Source: Salisapilia sapeloensis CBS 127946 (taxonomy: Eukaryota; Protista; Oomycota). Taken from it: a stretch of 42,474 bases of DNA. The translations under genes were made by a program, and so were the position numbers. The stretch covers positions 1 through 42,474 of the forward strand of contig JAADVB010000168.1 of NCBI GenBank assembly GCA_023334545.1, given 5' to 3'. Position 1 is the stretch's first letter, and each line of letters begins with the position of its first letter. This document shows positions 21,922 to 34,526 of the stretch, piece by piece. The notes under the pieces were generated by a model. The model did not search any database. It was not told the DNA's origin and saw nothing but the letters and a program-made list of their open reading frames with translations.

Positions 21922-23359
21922 ATGGCTGGTAAGCGCCGTACGCATTGGGCTCAGCGCCGTAAGAAGAAGATTCAGAGGCGACAAGAGTGGGAGGAAACTG
22001 GCGAGACTGGTAGTAATGAGTACCACAAGTACGATCGTCGAGCGGAGTTTCCGGAACAACCTCACCCCGGGTCTTATGCTGTCACTCGTCCAGCATCGAC
22101 GGAGAAGGAGGCGATAGACAAGGAAGATCGACCGATTAAGCGTCGATATGGTCTCTGGGTCGCATTTTGCGGAAAGAACTATTCTGGCATGCAAATGTAC
22201 GTTTCTATGACGTCGTATTGTGTATGATGAACAGAGGACTGAGTCCGTGGCTAGGAACGAAGGTGTGAAAACGGTCGAAGCAGAGCTCGAAAGAGCTTTA
22301 TATGAAGTGGATGCAATCGTCGAGAGCAACTATGGTTTCCTCCAAAAAGTATATACGTGCTACTTTTTATATAACTCCAAGGCTGATCCGTGGGAGTAGA
22401 TTGGCTGGAGTCGAGCTGCACGAACGGATAAAGGTGTCCACGCTGCGAGTCAAGTGGTTACAGCAAAACTGCATGTAGGAGAGGACCTCGAGACGTTCAC
22501 GAGAGCTGTTAATAACGCACTTCCAGACGACATTCGAGTCCTCGATACAGTCTCCGTCACAAAAAACTTTAACGCTCGCTTGTCTTGTGATAAAAGAACA
22601 TACGAATACATAGCTCCGACGTTCATGTTTGAACCTCGAAGTCTCCGGCCTCGTCCAAGTTCAGAGGCAAAGGAGGATGCATCGTCTACGCCGTCCGAAG
22701 CTCCGATCGATACGAATGACGTGCAGACGCATTTGAATTACAAGATCTCGGACGAAACGCTTGCTACACTTCGATCGACGTTGAAAAAGTATGAAGGATC
22801 GCACAACTTCCATAATTTTACAGCCAAAGTCATTTCGACAAGTTCTCAAGCCCAACGGTTCATCCATTCCTTCACGGTGGGCGAACCGTTCGAGATGGAG
22901 GGCATCCAATGGGTTAAGCTGCAGGTCGTCGGCCAAAGCTTTTTACTGCATCACATTCGAAAGATGATTGGAACTGCGGCGGATATCGTTGCTGGTGTCA
23001 CGGATGACGGCGCGATCGAAAGAGCCATGGGGCAAGATAAGATCGACCTGCCGATGGCTCCTAGTGTCGGACTGTACCTTGCCCAGCCTCATTTCGAAGC
23101 TTACAATCGTAAGGTCGAGAGAGACGACCAGGCTGACCATGATCCGTTGGATATAACCCTCAAGCCGGATATCAAGGCCAAGATGGACGAGTTCAAGGAG
23201 CATGTGATCATCCCTCACATTATCAGTCACGAGAAGAAATACCATAGCTACATGACGTGGCTGAGACACTTGGAGAGTCAGCCGTTCGAGTACATTTCTC
23301 GGACGCAAGCCAAGCCACGGAACCCTGAAATCGTTGACGAAGGAGATGAGGATGACTAG
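21922..23359 (+). CDS. PUS1: tRNA pseudouridine synthase, TruA/Pus1 family (exons 21922-22196, 22255-22348, 22400-23359)
   Basis: YSGMQ, catalytic ARTDKGVHAA, YEGSHNFHNFT, GQSFLLHHIRKMIG and PMAPSVGLYL. Confidence 0.95.
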
Positions 23360-23555
23360 GATAGTGTTGCCTCGCTATACTTTGCACTCGTTTGACTGAA
23401 AGTTTTTCCGTTCTGAGTCGTCTGGGCCGTTTCATCATGATGTATTTCAGGACACTTGTTGTACCTTGGTGTAGAGGAAATTAGCGGAAAATAGTTCACT
23501 TGTCGCTTACTCTTTCTCTCGTTGTTATCTCTATCGAATCTGTACACTATCTATT

Positions 23556-25797
23556 ATGATCCCGAACTTGTGTGACGATGACGAGTTAAGACTTACCGAG
23601 AATGCAAACACACGGAATCGTTTTCAAGGATTAGAGCACAATCTAGATGAGGCTGATGGTGAGCATCCAGAGGAAGAGCTATCTGGCACAGCTTTAAAGC
23701 TGTCCAAAGTCATTGAGCGAGAAGCAAAGCGACGGGTGATACTGGAATCTGGTCAAGGGCCACAGTGGGCTAGTGTATACCATCAACTGGGCATTAATGC
23801 TAATAAAGACAACCATGCGTCGTTTATTACGGCGCGGCGAAACCATCTTACGAAAAAGAGACCGTCTGCAGCAATACTACCGGCTCCAGACCCGAAAGTG
23901 CTACGAAAAAGCATGCAAAAGGGAAAGAATGGAAGTTTGAACAATAGTATCGGAAATGAATATGAGCGCGGTCAAGATGAGAGATCAGGATCAGAGTTTA
24001 CTCTGACAAAGACACAGCAAATTTGGTTATTTATGGAGGATCCGAACTCATCAACGTCTGCATACTACTTTTCCATGTTCATGTTTGGCTTTATCACCCT
24101 CTCCACTCTTATTTTCATCCTTCAGACGGAAAGTCGTTTGATCCAGTTCGACTACGTTCTAGCTTGGTTTGAAATGATATGTGCTGTTGTCTTCACTATC
24201 GAGCTCATTCTACGTTTATGCTCGTGTCCAAGTCTCACACGCTTCGCCAAAAGTAAGTCCCTGTTTGACTTTTTAATGATATCACGGTCTCACCTTCGTG
24301 TCCACCATGATAGATTACCTAAACTGGATCGATGTGGCTTCCATTATACCATTCTACCTCGAAGCCGTTCTATCCGTCGAGTACGCAAGTGGCATGGGAG
24401 CACTTCGTATCATTCGTCTCGTTCGAGTTGCTCGAGTATTAAAGATGTCTCGCTATTCCTCTGCTATTCAAATATTTATCCAGTCGCTTATTGTGAGCAT
24501 GCAAGCCCTATCAATGCTCGTGTTTCTCATGGCTCTAGTTGTCATTGTCTTCTCTAGTGCTATATACTTTGCAGAGTTTACAGAGGACGGGTGTCGGAAA
24601 GGTGGATGGATAGGAGATTGCGATTCGGACAATGCCGAACGTATATATGCTTACTCGGGTGGTGAAGCTGCTGCACGAGGAAGCCAAGTGTTGCGAACAG
24701 ACCCAGATCTACCCTCTGGAAGATGCGTGTGTGTCGATCCTAATCCTTATACCAGCATCATCTCTTCCTTTTGGTGGTGTCTCGTTACCATGTCCACTGT
24801 CGGGTATGGCGACATGACTCCGGTCACCATGCAAGGCAAAATCGTAGGTTGCACTACATTGTTAACAGGCATGCTCGTTTTGGCTCTACCGATCACAGTT
24901 ATAGGGACCAATTTTCAGAAAGTCATGAAATCCTTAGCACAGGATACGATGAAATCAAATGTGGATTACCTAAAAGGCAAACGGATGATCTGCCGAAACG
25001 AAATACAAGCCATTTTAGACAGATTTCATGCCGTCGCAGATAACATACATCTAGATATTGACGATGTGATCAACGTCTACGACACAGATAATAGTGGCAT
25101 GCTTGAGAATGAAGAACTGAATCATTTTATGCAAGATCTAGAGGCATTGCAAAACCGAGCCTTTATGAGCCAGCACGCAGGTACAATCGAGCCATCAAAG
25201 TCTGTACGACCCATCAAACAACCTCGATCCGTCAAAAAAGTTCAAGAGGTTGAGAGCGAGAATAAACTACCGGATAGTCATGATACCGAGCGAAGAAGTT
25301 CCCATATTCCTTTACGAAAAGCAGCAACACAAACATCTTTGCGAGCAGATAGCTCGTCGTCACAAGCAAACAGAGCAGACCGCAGATCAACAGCACAAGC
25401 TCGACTAAGTGACGCTCAAGCAGCGGGATTAGACGATATCGTATCTCAATCATACAACGCTAGATATCGAACGACTGCCTCTCTCATATCTCCTCGGGCA
25501 TCTGAGATATTTATCCCGACATCGCTAGGTCCTGAAAGTACTGCAGAATCGACAGAAGTACCCTCAGTTTCTAATCCACATAAGGAAGATCTGTCCAATC
25601 TTTCGTATCCTTTAATTACCGATGAAAGTAGGAATAGTCTGCATGTAAGTGAAGAGATGCTCGAACGACGAATAGCGGAACTGAAGCATACTTGGGAAGA
25701 GCGACTTGTGGAGACAGAGCAACGCCTTGACACAAAGTTTCATAATTTGACTAAAATCTTGCTTCGAATTGAAAGTATGATGGAAATGCAAGAGTAA
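23556..25797 (+). CDS. Voltage-gated K+ channel (6TM, Kv-like) with C-terminal EF-hand (exons 23556-24252, 24314-25797; 726 aa)
   Basis: FMEDPNSS before S1; NWIDVASIIPFY (S3); LRIIRLVRVARVLKMSRYS (S4); SFWWCLVTMSTVGYGD filter; LALPITVIGTNF (S6); VYDTDNSGMLENEEL EF loop. Confidence 0.94.
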
Positions 25798-25872
25798 GCT
25801 AAACGCAAAATGGTACAATTGGTTGCCGTCTACTTTAAATAGGTAAATTAAAGCCTAGCTTTTCGAGTCCGT

Positions 25873-26991
25873 TTAGCTCGCATCGCCCAAGTCACTGCAA
25901 AGTCGATGTAATCTTGCTTTCGCTTGCTTTTTCAGCTTTTCAAAAAGAGCAATGTCGTCCTGCACTTCTTCTGTGTTACAACTACTTTTTAATTCACTAT
26001 TCGTAGAACGAGCATCAAGCTCATCTTGTTCTTGCAAAGATGATCGAAGTTGAGCTAGAGTTTGGATGACATTTCGTAAATGCCCTGTCAACCGGATGCA
26101 CTCCTCCATGCATTGCGACGGATTCTGTCGTAGAGGCTGGTGAACATATGATGCTGCTTTCGACGACTTTGCTGAGCCATGTCCGAAGTTACCGCTTTGA
26201 CTCTCTTCGTCCACTGTGTTGCTCATGCTACACGCATCTGACGATTCCGTCATGCCGTCTGCTAGAGCTGTGTGCGTAGCATTCTCAGTTGTACTGCTCT
26301 TGTAATGATTCGCAATTCCGCTTAATATCTCGAGATCTCCTCTCGATTCACCACAGGCAATCTGTGGGACGGCTGCTGGACGAACAAAGTTTGGATAGTG
26401 GAAAGGAATGACCGGTACGAAAGATGTGTGCGGTTCAGTGATGGTCGAAGAGTCATAAAATGAAGAAAGACTGGCTGCATATGAAACGGTAGCTTGGGCT
26501 GTACTAGGCAGCTTTCGTTTCTTCGACGTAGGCGTCTTCTTTATGGTGATACCACCCGGATGATTACTCCCTGCAACTGAATCCAATATCTCTAATGAGG
26601 ACAAGGCTGGATGCTCTGGAGATACCTGTCGCTTTCGATTAGTTGCTACTGGAGCGGGAGGAGAAATTATTGGTGGTGTCTTTCGCAAGCGTTTTTCCGT
26701 ATCTGACTTGCGTAGGAGCTCTACATATCCGCTCTTATTGTCATTCGCATTCGGCCCTTTCTTTATTGGTCGAATGCCACGACGATAACACTCTGCACGC
26801 AAGTCATGCGCTCGTAAGCGGTCATAAGGTTCCTCGATGAAAAGCGCTCGTGATGGTCCAATGCGTGAAGTGACCGTTTCCGACGATGATATTTCTTTAT
26901 ACTGGTCGTTGTTGTCGTTATTGACAGGCGACAGTAGTCCTGCATTGCTGTCAACGGTATCTGACGCTTCAGGAGCGTGGGAAGTGTCCAT
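25873..26991 (-). CDS. Hypothetical protein (372 aa) with a short helical N-terminal domain, basic NLS-like tracts and a C-terminal coiled coil
   Basis: Long ORF with first ATG at 26991. YDRLRAHDLRAECYRRGI..KSGYVELLR looks helix-extension-helix-like; RKRQ and KKRK tracts are present. Confidence 0.75.
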   Translation of the reverse strand: MDTSHAPEASDTVDSNAGLLSPVNNDNNDQYKEISSSETVTSRIGPSRALFIEEPYDRLRAHDLRAECYRRGIRPIKKGPNANDNKSGYVELLRKSDTEKRLRKTPPIISPPAPVATNRKRQVSPEHPALSSLEILDSVAGSNHPGGITIKKTPTSKKRKLPSTAQATVSYAASLSSFYDSSTITEPHTSFVPVIPFHYPNFVRPAAVPQIACGESRGDLEILSGIANHYKSSTTENATHTALADGMTESSDACSMSNTVDEESQSGNFGHGSAKSSKAASYVHQPLRQNPSQCMEECIRLTGHLRNVIQTLAQLRSSLQEQDELDARSTNSELKSSCNTEEVQDDIALFEKLKKQAKARLHRLCSDLGDAS

Positions 26992-27255
26992 AGCACTCGA
27001 TATGACGCCTTCCACGCTATGCTCCTGCAGAATTAGTCTTCTCGTAGTACTAAATATGACACAAAGTTGTCGTTTTAATAACGAATTAGACCTAAACTTC
27101 CGGTCACCTATCAAGTGCCTTCGATGGACTTTTGGTCGATGTATCCTACGATATATGTAAAGCTAATTATAGAGAAGACGTTATTCATGCACATGCTGTT
27201 TCATAGAGTGTCACTATTCTGTATTCTCTCGCGTAGGCTCGTCACTTGTACTAAG

Positions 27256-28258
27256 ATGGGTGGTCAAGTCTCTGATCAAGCAATGGAAAAGGCTGTAGTA
27301 GCAGAGCAACTGAGCAGACTATCTATGGAATGCAAGCTAAAAGGTCAAACGATTCAAACTCTTGAGGCACAGGTGCAGTCACTACGTGAAGAACTTGTAG
27401 CAGAAAAGAAAAAAGTACTTCGATTGCAGCAGACACAGGACAAAGTCTCCATTTCATCTACATCAGATACTGTCTCTGCTATCGAGCTTCATCCCAATCT
27501 CAATGACTACCGAGCCAAGAATCAGCGATATAACTACATCAGTAGCTGGAAAGCTGGTGCAGAAAAATCTGCACAGAACTCTAGCTTACACCGTTTACTG
27601 TTTACTCCCAGTCCTTCTACCAGCAATGACAATCAAGATAGCGAAGATGGAGAGGTAAAGAGCGTGAGCGAGAATGATTTTGTTTTGGAAACAGAGGTCG
27701 AAAGTTTGAAGACAGAGCTGAGGCAGTCCAAAGAGATGATCATTCGATTAACTCGTGATGTCTATAACTTTAGTAAAATGCATCAGGTATCGATGAAAGA
27801 CCAACAAGGTCTTATAAAAGCAACGATCGATATTATGAAAACTCCATCAGGCTCCGATAGCAATACGCGCAAGAACGAAACGACACCTTACTTGTCAAAT
27901 TATGATTCTGCCCGTCCAAACGGACTAAGGCGTAATAGCAAACCTAGTTTGACTCTTCCAACGTCTAACGTAGTGCTATCAAGAGCCGGCAAATGTGATT
28001 CATTGCGATTTGCAGCAGAAAATAATATAAAGCTAGCCGAGAGAGCTCTCAGTGATCTCCATCAGCAGGTAAGCGGACGACATCACTTTAGGATATGCAT
28101 ATCTAATCCTGGTTTAGCTGCAAGTACAACGAGATCTGACTGCTACTCTATGTGAGCTGGCGACAGGGAATCAGCTGGAGCTTCGATCAAAGCCACATCT
28201 ACCAAACCTGACACTACCGTTTGCCACGTGCTTTTCTACACCACCATCTCAATTTTAA
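27256..28258 (+). CDS. Coiled-coil hypothetical protein with an MG start (exons 27256-28068, 28118-28258)
   Basis: MGGQVS start and heptad-rich segments. Intron GTAAGC..CTAATC..TTTAG gives an open second exon ending TAA at 28258. Confidence 0.72.
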
Positions 28259-28323
28259 AGATACCAGCAACTGCCATAAACTGAAGTCGAAATGAACATT
28301 AACACTGTTTCCATCTACGTGAT

Positions 28324-31300
28324 CTAGCCTTCCTCCGCTTCAGCTGGACTAGCAGCTCCACTGACAGTTTCAAAGACGTCATGCTCCTTTCCTTTCCGTT
28401 CCATTTCCTTTACCAGCTTCTCCGTCCCATTCACGCGACACGCCATCATGACTTTTCGTACACTTTGCGTAGTGTCCTCTTCAACATCCATCTTTATAGA
28501 CTTGCATAGCGCATCGAGGACGTGTCCCCACGTTTCGGATACAAAGGACGGTACGGTCGAGAGTTTGCCAAAGTTGTCTCGAATTACCGAGCAGATCAAT
28601 CGCAGTAATTGAAGGTGCGCTCTATCTTGATTCTCCATGGTTGCTGACAGCTTCCGTCCATTTCCAGAGGCTGAGCTATAACTGCGTATCCGACGTAGAC
28701 TCTGACTTTCATTCGACACATCCGCACTTTTAAAGTAGTTTAGATCGGCATGGATACTTTCTGCTAGGCCATCATCCCAACTTGGATCCACAAGTGACCT
28801 GTAAAGCGGAAGTAGTCCAGACGCTATCACAGCGTCTAGTGACTCGGCTGATACCTGCCACGATCCAGATGAGAGCATATTGCTACAACAGTCGATACAT
28901 GCGTTTAATTCCTCCTCAATGATGCTAACGGAGGCACTATCCTCCTCCTCTTGCACCATGGACACTAAAGAATTGGAGATCTTAAAGACACCACCAACAA
29001 GCCGCATGTGCAGTGTCTTTAACTCGACCTCCGTCTCTTCTCTTCGACTCACTTGCTGCATTGCTGTCTCATCCAAATTGTTCGACAGAACCACTAGCAA
29101 AGCAACCGATTTTGTGTCGGATACTGTAGTCCCTTGCATACTACTCTTTAACGCTGATTGTACTATAAACCCAGCCAAGTCCATCACATTCATCCCGTCT
29201 TCATCGACTTGCCACACATGGTGATGGATCAACTGGCAGAGTAAGCTGGACATTGCAGAGGCATGAAACGGAGACGTCAAGAACGCCTTCATCGAGCCTT
29301 CGACAGACTTCCATTGTAGTACTGAAAGCAACGTCGGAACAGCGTCCGATGGTTTGTGCTCGAGTACATGTGCCAAGCCTCGAATAAGCTGCAGCAAAAG
29401 TGGAGACAATAGTGAATTTGTTGATCCGAACGTCAGTGCAGTATTCACCAACCGAGCACTATCGGATACGTCTACATAGTTGTTCGATGCGACTGAAAAG
29501 ACACCGGTGAGCGCTTTGTAGGTTTCGACACACGTTGTGCTGTAGTCACTTGCGTCCACATCTTTCTCCAGCTCCTGACGCAGAAGAGGCAACAAGCGTT
29601 CATAGTGCTGGCATCCTCTCTGTAGTATAGAAGTCTCCGATGTAGATGCGAGTAGGCACGAAAGCACGTGCGCAAACAAAACACGTCCAGCTCCTCTTCC
29701 CTCTCCTTCCAACTGATCTATCAACGCATCTACTATATAACCTGCATTTTCGCTAGGTAACACGCACAAGTCCTGGAGAAAGGATTCGAGATGATACGGT
29801 CGTAACAGCTCCTGTAGACTTTCCACACTCTCATCTGTCTCCGTCTCGGAACGTAGCGACAGACTACGAGTACGAACGCTCTTAGATGCAACCAAGTCGT
29901 CTGCATTTTGTGCTAACCACGACGGAAGTGCTTTCTCTCCGCGTAACTCGGCGGATGAGAATGATGAGCGAGGGATTTCCTCATCACTATCTTCCTCCGG
30001 CTCTCCTCTAAAGTTCGCATCCAAGGCCGACAGGAACCACGTGACGCCACTAAAGAACCCTGCGTCATCATCGCTCGTCACTTGCTTTTGCTCTAACAAG
30101 AGTCGATTACGTCGGACAGCTCGCAAGAAGTTACGATTCTCTGCCCTCGACAGCATCTCTTTATCTTCGTCTAGTCGTAGACTACCGGGAGGTAGAGCTT
30201 GTAGTAGTCTCAAGGCACTGATGAGGTGCAAAAGGTAGCTCCACGTGTCTTTTTGGAAGCTACCTGGATGTTCTCGGAAGAGCGTGAAGCTTGCTGCGAG
30301 TGCGGCACAGCAGCTTTCGTTGGCCATGAACTGTCCACAGCCGTCGTCTCGAGTCGTTAGTGGTATCGGGTACTTGTCAGAAGGAACGAGCGCAGTCAAC
30401 TCACTAAGAGATACAAAAATACCATGGAAAATGTCTGAGACATGCAGTCTAGAAGCAACAGCAGCAATACTCACGAGACCGTTAGCAGCTATTTGAAGCA
30501 GCGTGTGGTCTGGCAAATAGAAGAGCGCGTTCTCTTCGTCATTGTCTTCCGACTCGGGAGAAATGTCTGTCGTGGACGCCAGTACGAATTGATCGAACAC
30601 AGTCTCGAAAGCAGATGCCAAGTGGCTGGCGTGGTCTAGGAAGATTTGCTTACGAACCGCCGGTTGGGTGTCTGTACGATAGCTGTTATCTTGTTCATGT
30701 CGAAGAAGAAGGTCTCTCCACCTGTCTTCTGTTACTTGGCCATTCGAGTCTTCCAACGTCCGGAACTCGTGCTGAGCAATATTGTCATACAATTCATTCA
30801 GGAAATCTTCCGGTAGTTCTCGTCCGCAACTGACTTCCTGTCCGTAGTTCAAATTATTCCGTAGAAAAGCGATACGAGACATCTTCTTCTCGGGGCGAAT
30901 ATTTGGGTTGTGGAGGTCCGTATTAAGCATAATGAGACTGAATGAAAGCAAGTAGGCAACGTCTTCGGACGCAAACGCAGATCTGTCTCGACTTTGTCGA
31001 TACACGATCGAAGCAAAGGCATTGAGGATGCGATCAATCTGCTGTGCTTCACCTGGTAGTCGAAAGGCAGAGAGGAAGACCCGAAGAGCGCTGAGGATTC
31101 CTTCATCTTGGAAACGGAAGGACGCAACGTACTCGCGCAAGACTTGTTCATGGAACGTCGAGCTCTCACTTTCGTGTTTGCTATCCGACGGGTCTTTTCC
31201 AACCGCACCCAAGTACTCTCCGACTTTACTCTTTTCCAGTCCGTGCGGAAGTGATCGTAGGAATGCCGCGAGAGACTTTGCGTCGACTGGAGATGGGAAA

Positions 31301-33048
31301 AAGTTCTGTTCTTCGAGCAGTTTGATGCCTGTTGTAGGTTTCCGATTGAATTCTTCTACTGCCTTTTGGAACTCGATCTTCTTCTTTCGGTCGCTCTCGA
31401 CCTGCTCATCGATTTTGAACACTGCATCAGAGTGATGCCATAGCTGTAGCGGATGTGAGAGAGCACGTAGGGAAAGCTCAGCCACGTTTTGACTCCATTG
31501 GAACAACTCTCCACCTTCCTCTTCCCCCACCTGTCGACACACGTCCTGTGATAGCTGAATAAGAGAGTGGAAGGAACGTAGGACGGTATTGACGACATCA
31601 CATCGACCAATGACGCAATCGTAGTTCACGTATAGCTCTTCCAGGACGTTTTCCTGACCGATAAAGTCGATCAAACACTCTAGAATGTCTATCGACAGAC
31701 TTTGCAGGCGTTGGAATGGGACAGGGTTTCCAGACAGCAAATCGTTGGAAGCCTCGACAGGCATATTGTCGCTACCAGGTGTGACTCCAAGAGAAGTCTC
31801 GAGTGCGTGGCGTGTCCAGCGTAGACAGTGGATGAACACGCCGTTCCAAATGGTTTCAATTTGCATACGAAGGGCAGAGCGATAGCTGAGGTAGAGAGAA
31901 CGGAAGAGATCCATGGCACCAAGCGCCACGCGTCGATCTTGACTAGCGCCAAGCTTGCCGAGACGCAGTACAGCCATGCACAGATCATCCTGAATAAAGT
32001 AGCAAAGGGATGGCGAAGATAGGACAGTCGTGGGGTTACTAGAGGAGAGAACACGTTGCCATAGCGACAGGACGAGGCCCATCTCGCGGCGACTGGAAGA
32101 TCCACTAGTGGACGACATGGCGACGGTTGCCTTGGAAGCTGATACGGACGTGTATTCGGACGTTGGTACAGACGTAAAGTGTAGTTTTTTCGACAGAAAA
32201 CTGAGCACTCTTATAGCACAGGGCATACCAAACTGAAGAGTGCTTTGGGCTCTTGCGTCGTCGTCGACAATCGTGGAGAATAAGAACGAGATTGTTTCAC
32301 CTAAGAAATGAATAGCTGTAGTGCGAAGGGAAGATGGGACGTGAACGTCGAAACGAGAGGCTCGACTGAGAGCGTACAGAGATTCAATGAGCTGCCACAT
32401 GGCATGGTCGGACAGAGCATAACCTAGGCTGGATGTGCGGACAGTGTTTAGTGCGTGGACGACGTTCACGAGCACTTGCTGGTCGCTTTCCACTGCGACT
32501 TCTTGGAAACGACATTGCACGAGAGCTTCGATGATATCAACGGCGGCATCACTAGCTTGTCGGGAATAACTTTCCTCGAGGTCGTCCCACGGATACAACT
32601 GAACGAGGTGCATCGTTGTTTCCAATGCAGCTGATGTGACTATACTAGTCACTCCCTCATGACGTATAAGTGCTAGGAGGGGTGCCAAGATGGTGCTAGT
32701 ATCAAGTTCAAGCACATCTATCCTCAAAAAGTTAGCTCTTGTTATCCTATTTAGTATGTCGATGGGCTATCATGCGCATACATACTTTTGCTTGCTAAGA
32801 GACGTGTCCTGGTAGCATTAACAGCTTTGTATAGAGCGACAGGGGCTTTCTAATTGAAGTAATCACAAGATCGTAAGACACTTAGGATGTTCGTGGGGGG
32901 AATGGTAAAGGAGCACCTGAGCTTCTTCTGTAATTGAGTTGGATACTGCAGTGTTGATGCGTCTTCTATAAAGACTGAGAAGGTTTTGAAGGTCACCAAG
33001 TAAGACGGATCGGCATTGGGCTCCTCGGTAGGAGCTCCGTCCCTCCAT
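28324..33048 (-). CDS. GBF1: Large ARF guanine-nucleotide exchange factor, GBF1/GNOM type (exons 33048-32917, 32849-32786, 32717-28324; ~1529 aa)
   Basis: DCB-like ILAPLLALIR..TSAAL, HUS box LYVNYDC, Sec7 core FNRKPTTGIKLL..FRLPGEAQQIDRILNAF..SLIMLNTDLHNP. Confidence 0.93.
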
Positions 33049-34423
33049 ATTTTCCCGTGATACGCTCGGATGTTCGTTAGGTTGTGTGATTGTCTTGTTT
33101 AACAAAACTGTAAAAGTAGCCAATCGTATGGTAGACTAGAGCTTTTTATAACCAATCAGGAATGCGAGTGACAAGACAGGAGCTCCAGTCGTTTGTGGCG
33201 ACTGCAAGATGATTGACACAATTCGTTTTTCGAGCAGTAGGATGGACTTGGGGATGGGATGAAGATATCTTTATAGTTGTGGCGATCGCTTTCCACCGCC
33301 GTTTTGGTGTGTTGGGGCATTCATGAGCCAATTCTTTTTTGTCATAGTTACACTGACCTCCCCTCTACGTGCTGCATTAAATAAATTTCTGCTGTTGCTA
33401 CATAGCTTTATGTGTTCTATACGTTTGTACTTGTTCATGCAAGTTGGTTACTAAGTACTACGTTCGGTTGCAAGGTCTGGATGGTTTTCATAAATTATAC
33501 TCCTGGCACGGTGCCTAAAAACTGAGGGGTAAAAATGTAGAGTGATCGACATCTTGAGTTGATGATCGGCAAATGAATCGACGGCGCTTTTTAAATCATC
33601 GTGCGATCAATATACGTTTCGATGGATTTCTATCTTATGAACGAGCTGCAGCTGTAAATGCACTAGCGTATGAGGACAGAAAGACTAGCAACCAGTGCCG
33701 ACAGCTAGGTCATATAGATCATTCAATAGCTCCATCATACTTTAGTGTGTTCGACATGTGCAGAAGCAATAGAAGGGCAATGTGCCACATAGTTTATCGA
33801 TAGAAAAAATGGCTGTAAAGGTGGAAAGAAATGATACCCGGTTATCATATTTTAGTGGATTGCTTTGTCTGAGATAGTCATCTATTGACATTAGCATTGC
33901 GTTATACTTGTAAACAGCTTCCTTCTCATACATATCTTACTCTAACTCCAATGAAGCTGTGCTGGCTTGTTTGGCAAACTGAGGCCTCGTGTAACTGATA
34001 TCTGCACTTGATTGTATCAGTGCGGAAGTAAGCGAAGCCAACGCCAAGCTGCTGATGGTGACCAACTTGATTACTTGATTAAAGTGTTCATATGAAAACT
34101 TCCAATCTTTTATTTCTTGCTCTTTTGCACTGAAAGCGAGGTAGATGGACACGGATACGCTTGCTTTGGTCCGTTGCTCTAACGTAACGGAATTCCTATA
34201 GGCTTGTACCAATTTCCATCGATACTTGGCAGACTATTTCGGCAGAGTGCATCTACAATTTGTAGGCTATACCAAATTTCTATTGCAACTCATTCAGTGC
34301 GTTTGACATGGCCTAGCTAGGTATCAACTTGGACGCGTACTCGACAACTTGACCTAGGTTGCTGCCATAAGCTTGAAGTTATGATCACTAAGCAATGTAC
34401 CAAAGTAGTATCAAGTAAATTAT

Positions 34424-34496
34424 CCAATCAAACAAACATAAAGGTTCTAGAACATACGTGATTGGCTAAATAGCTGCTCTAACACAAAGTCATTCG
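34424..34496 (+). promoter_or_regulatory. Candidate heat-shock element flanked by two inverted CCAAT boxes, plus an Inr-like TCATTC, upstream of the SGT gene
   Basis: CCAATCA at 34424-34430; tAAAg-gTTCt-aGAAc-aTACg at 34439-34458; TGATTGG at 34459-34465; TCATTC at 34490-34495; ATG at 34527. Confidence 0.5.
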
Positions 34497-34526
34497 ATAT
34501 ATCGAGAACAGGACGAGAGCAGGATA

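Noticed and set aside
24253-24557. 333-aa ORF (23556-24557) as a separate truncated channel
   Set aside because: It is read-through of the 61-nt intron into a wrong frame; splicing gives the full channel.
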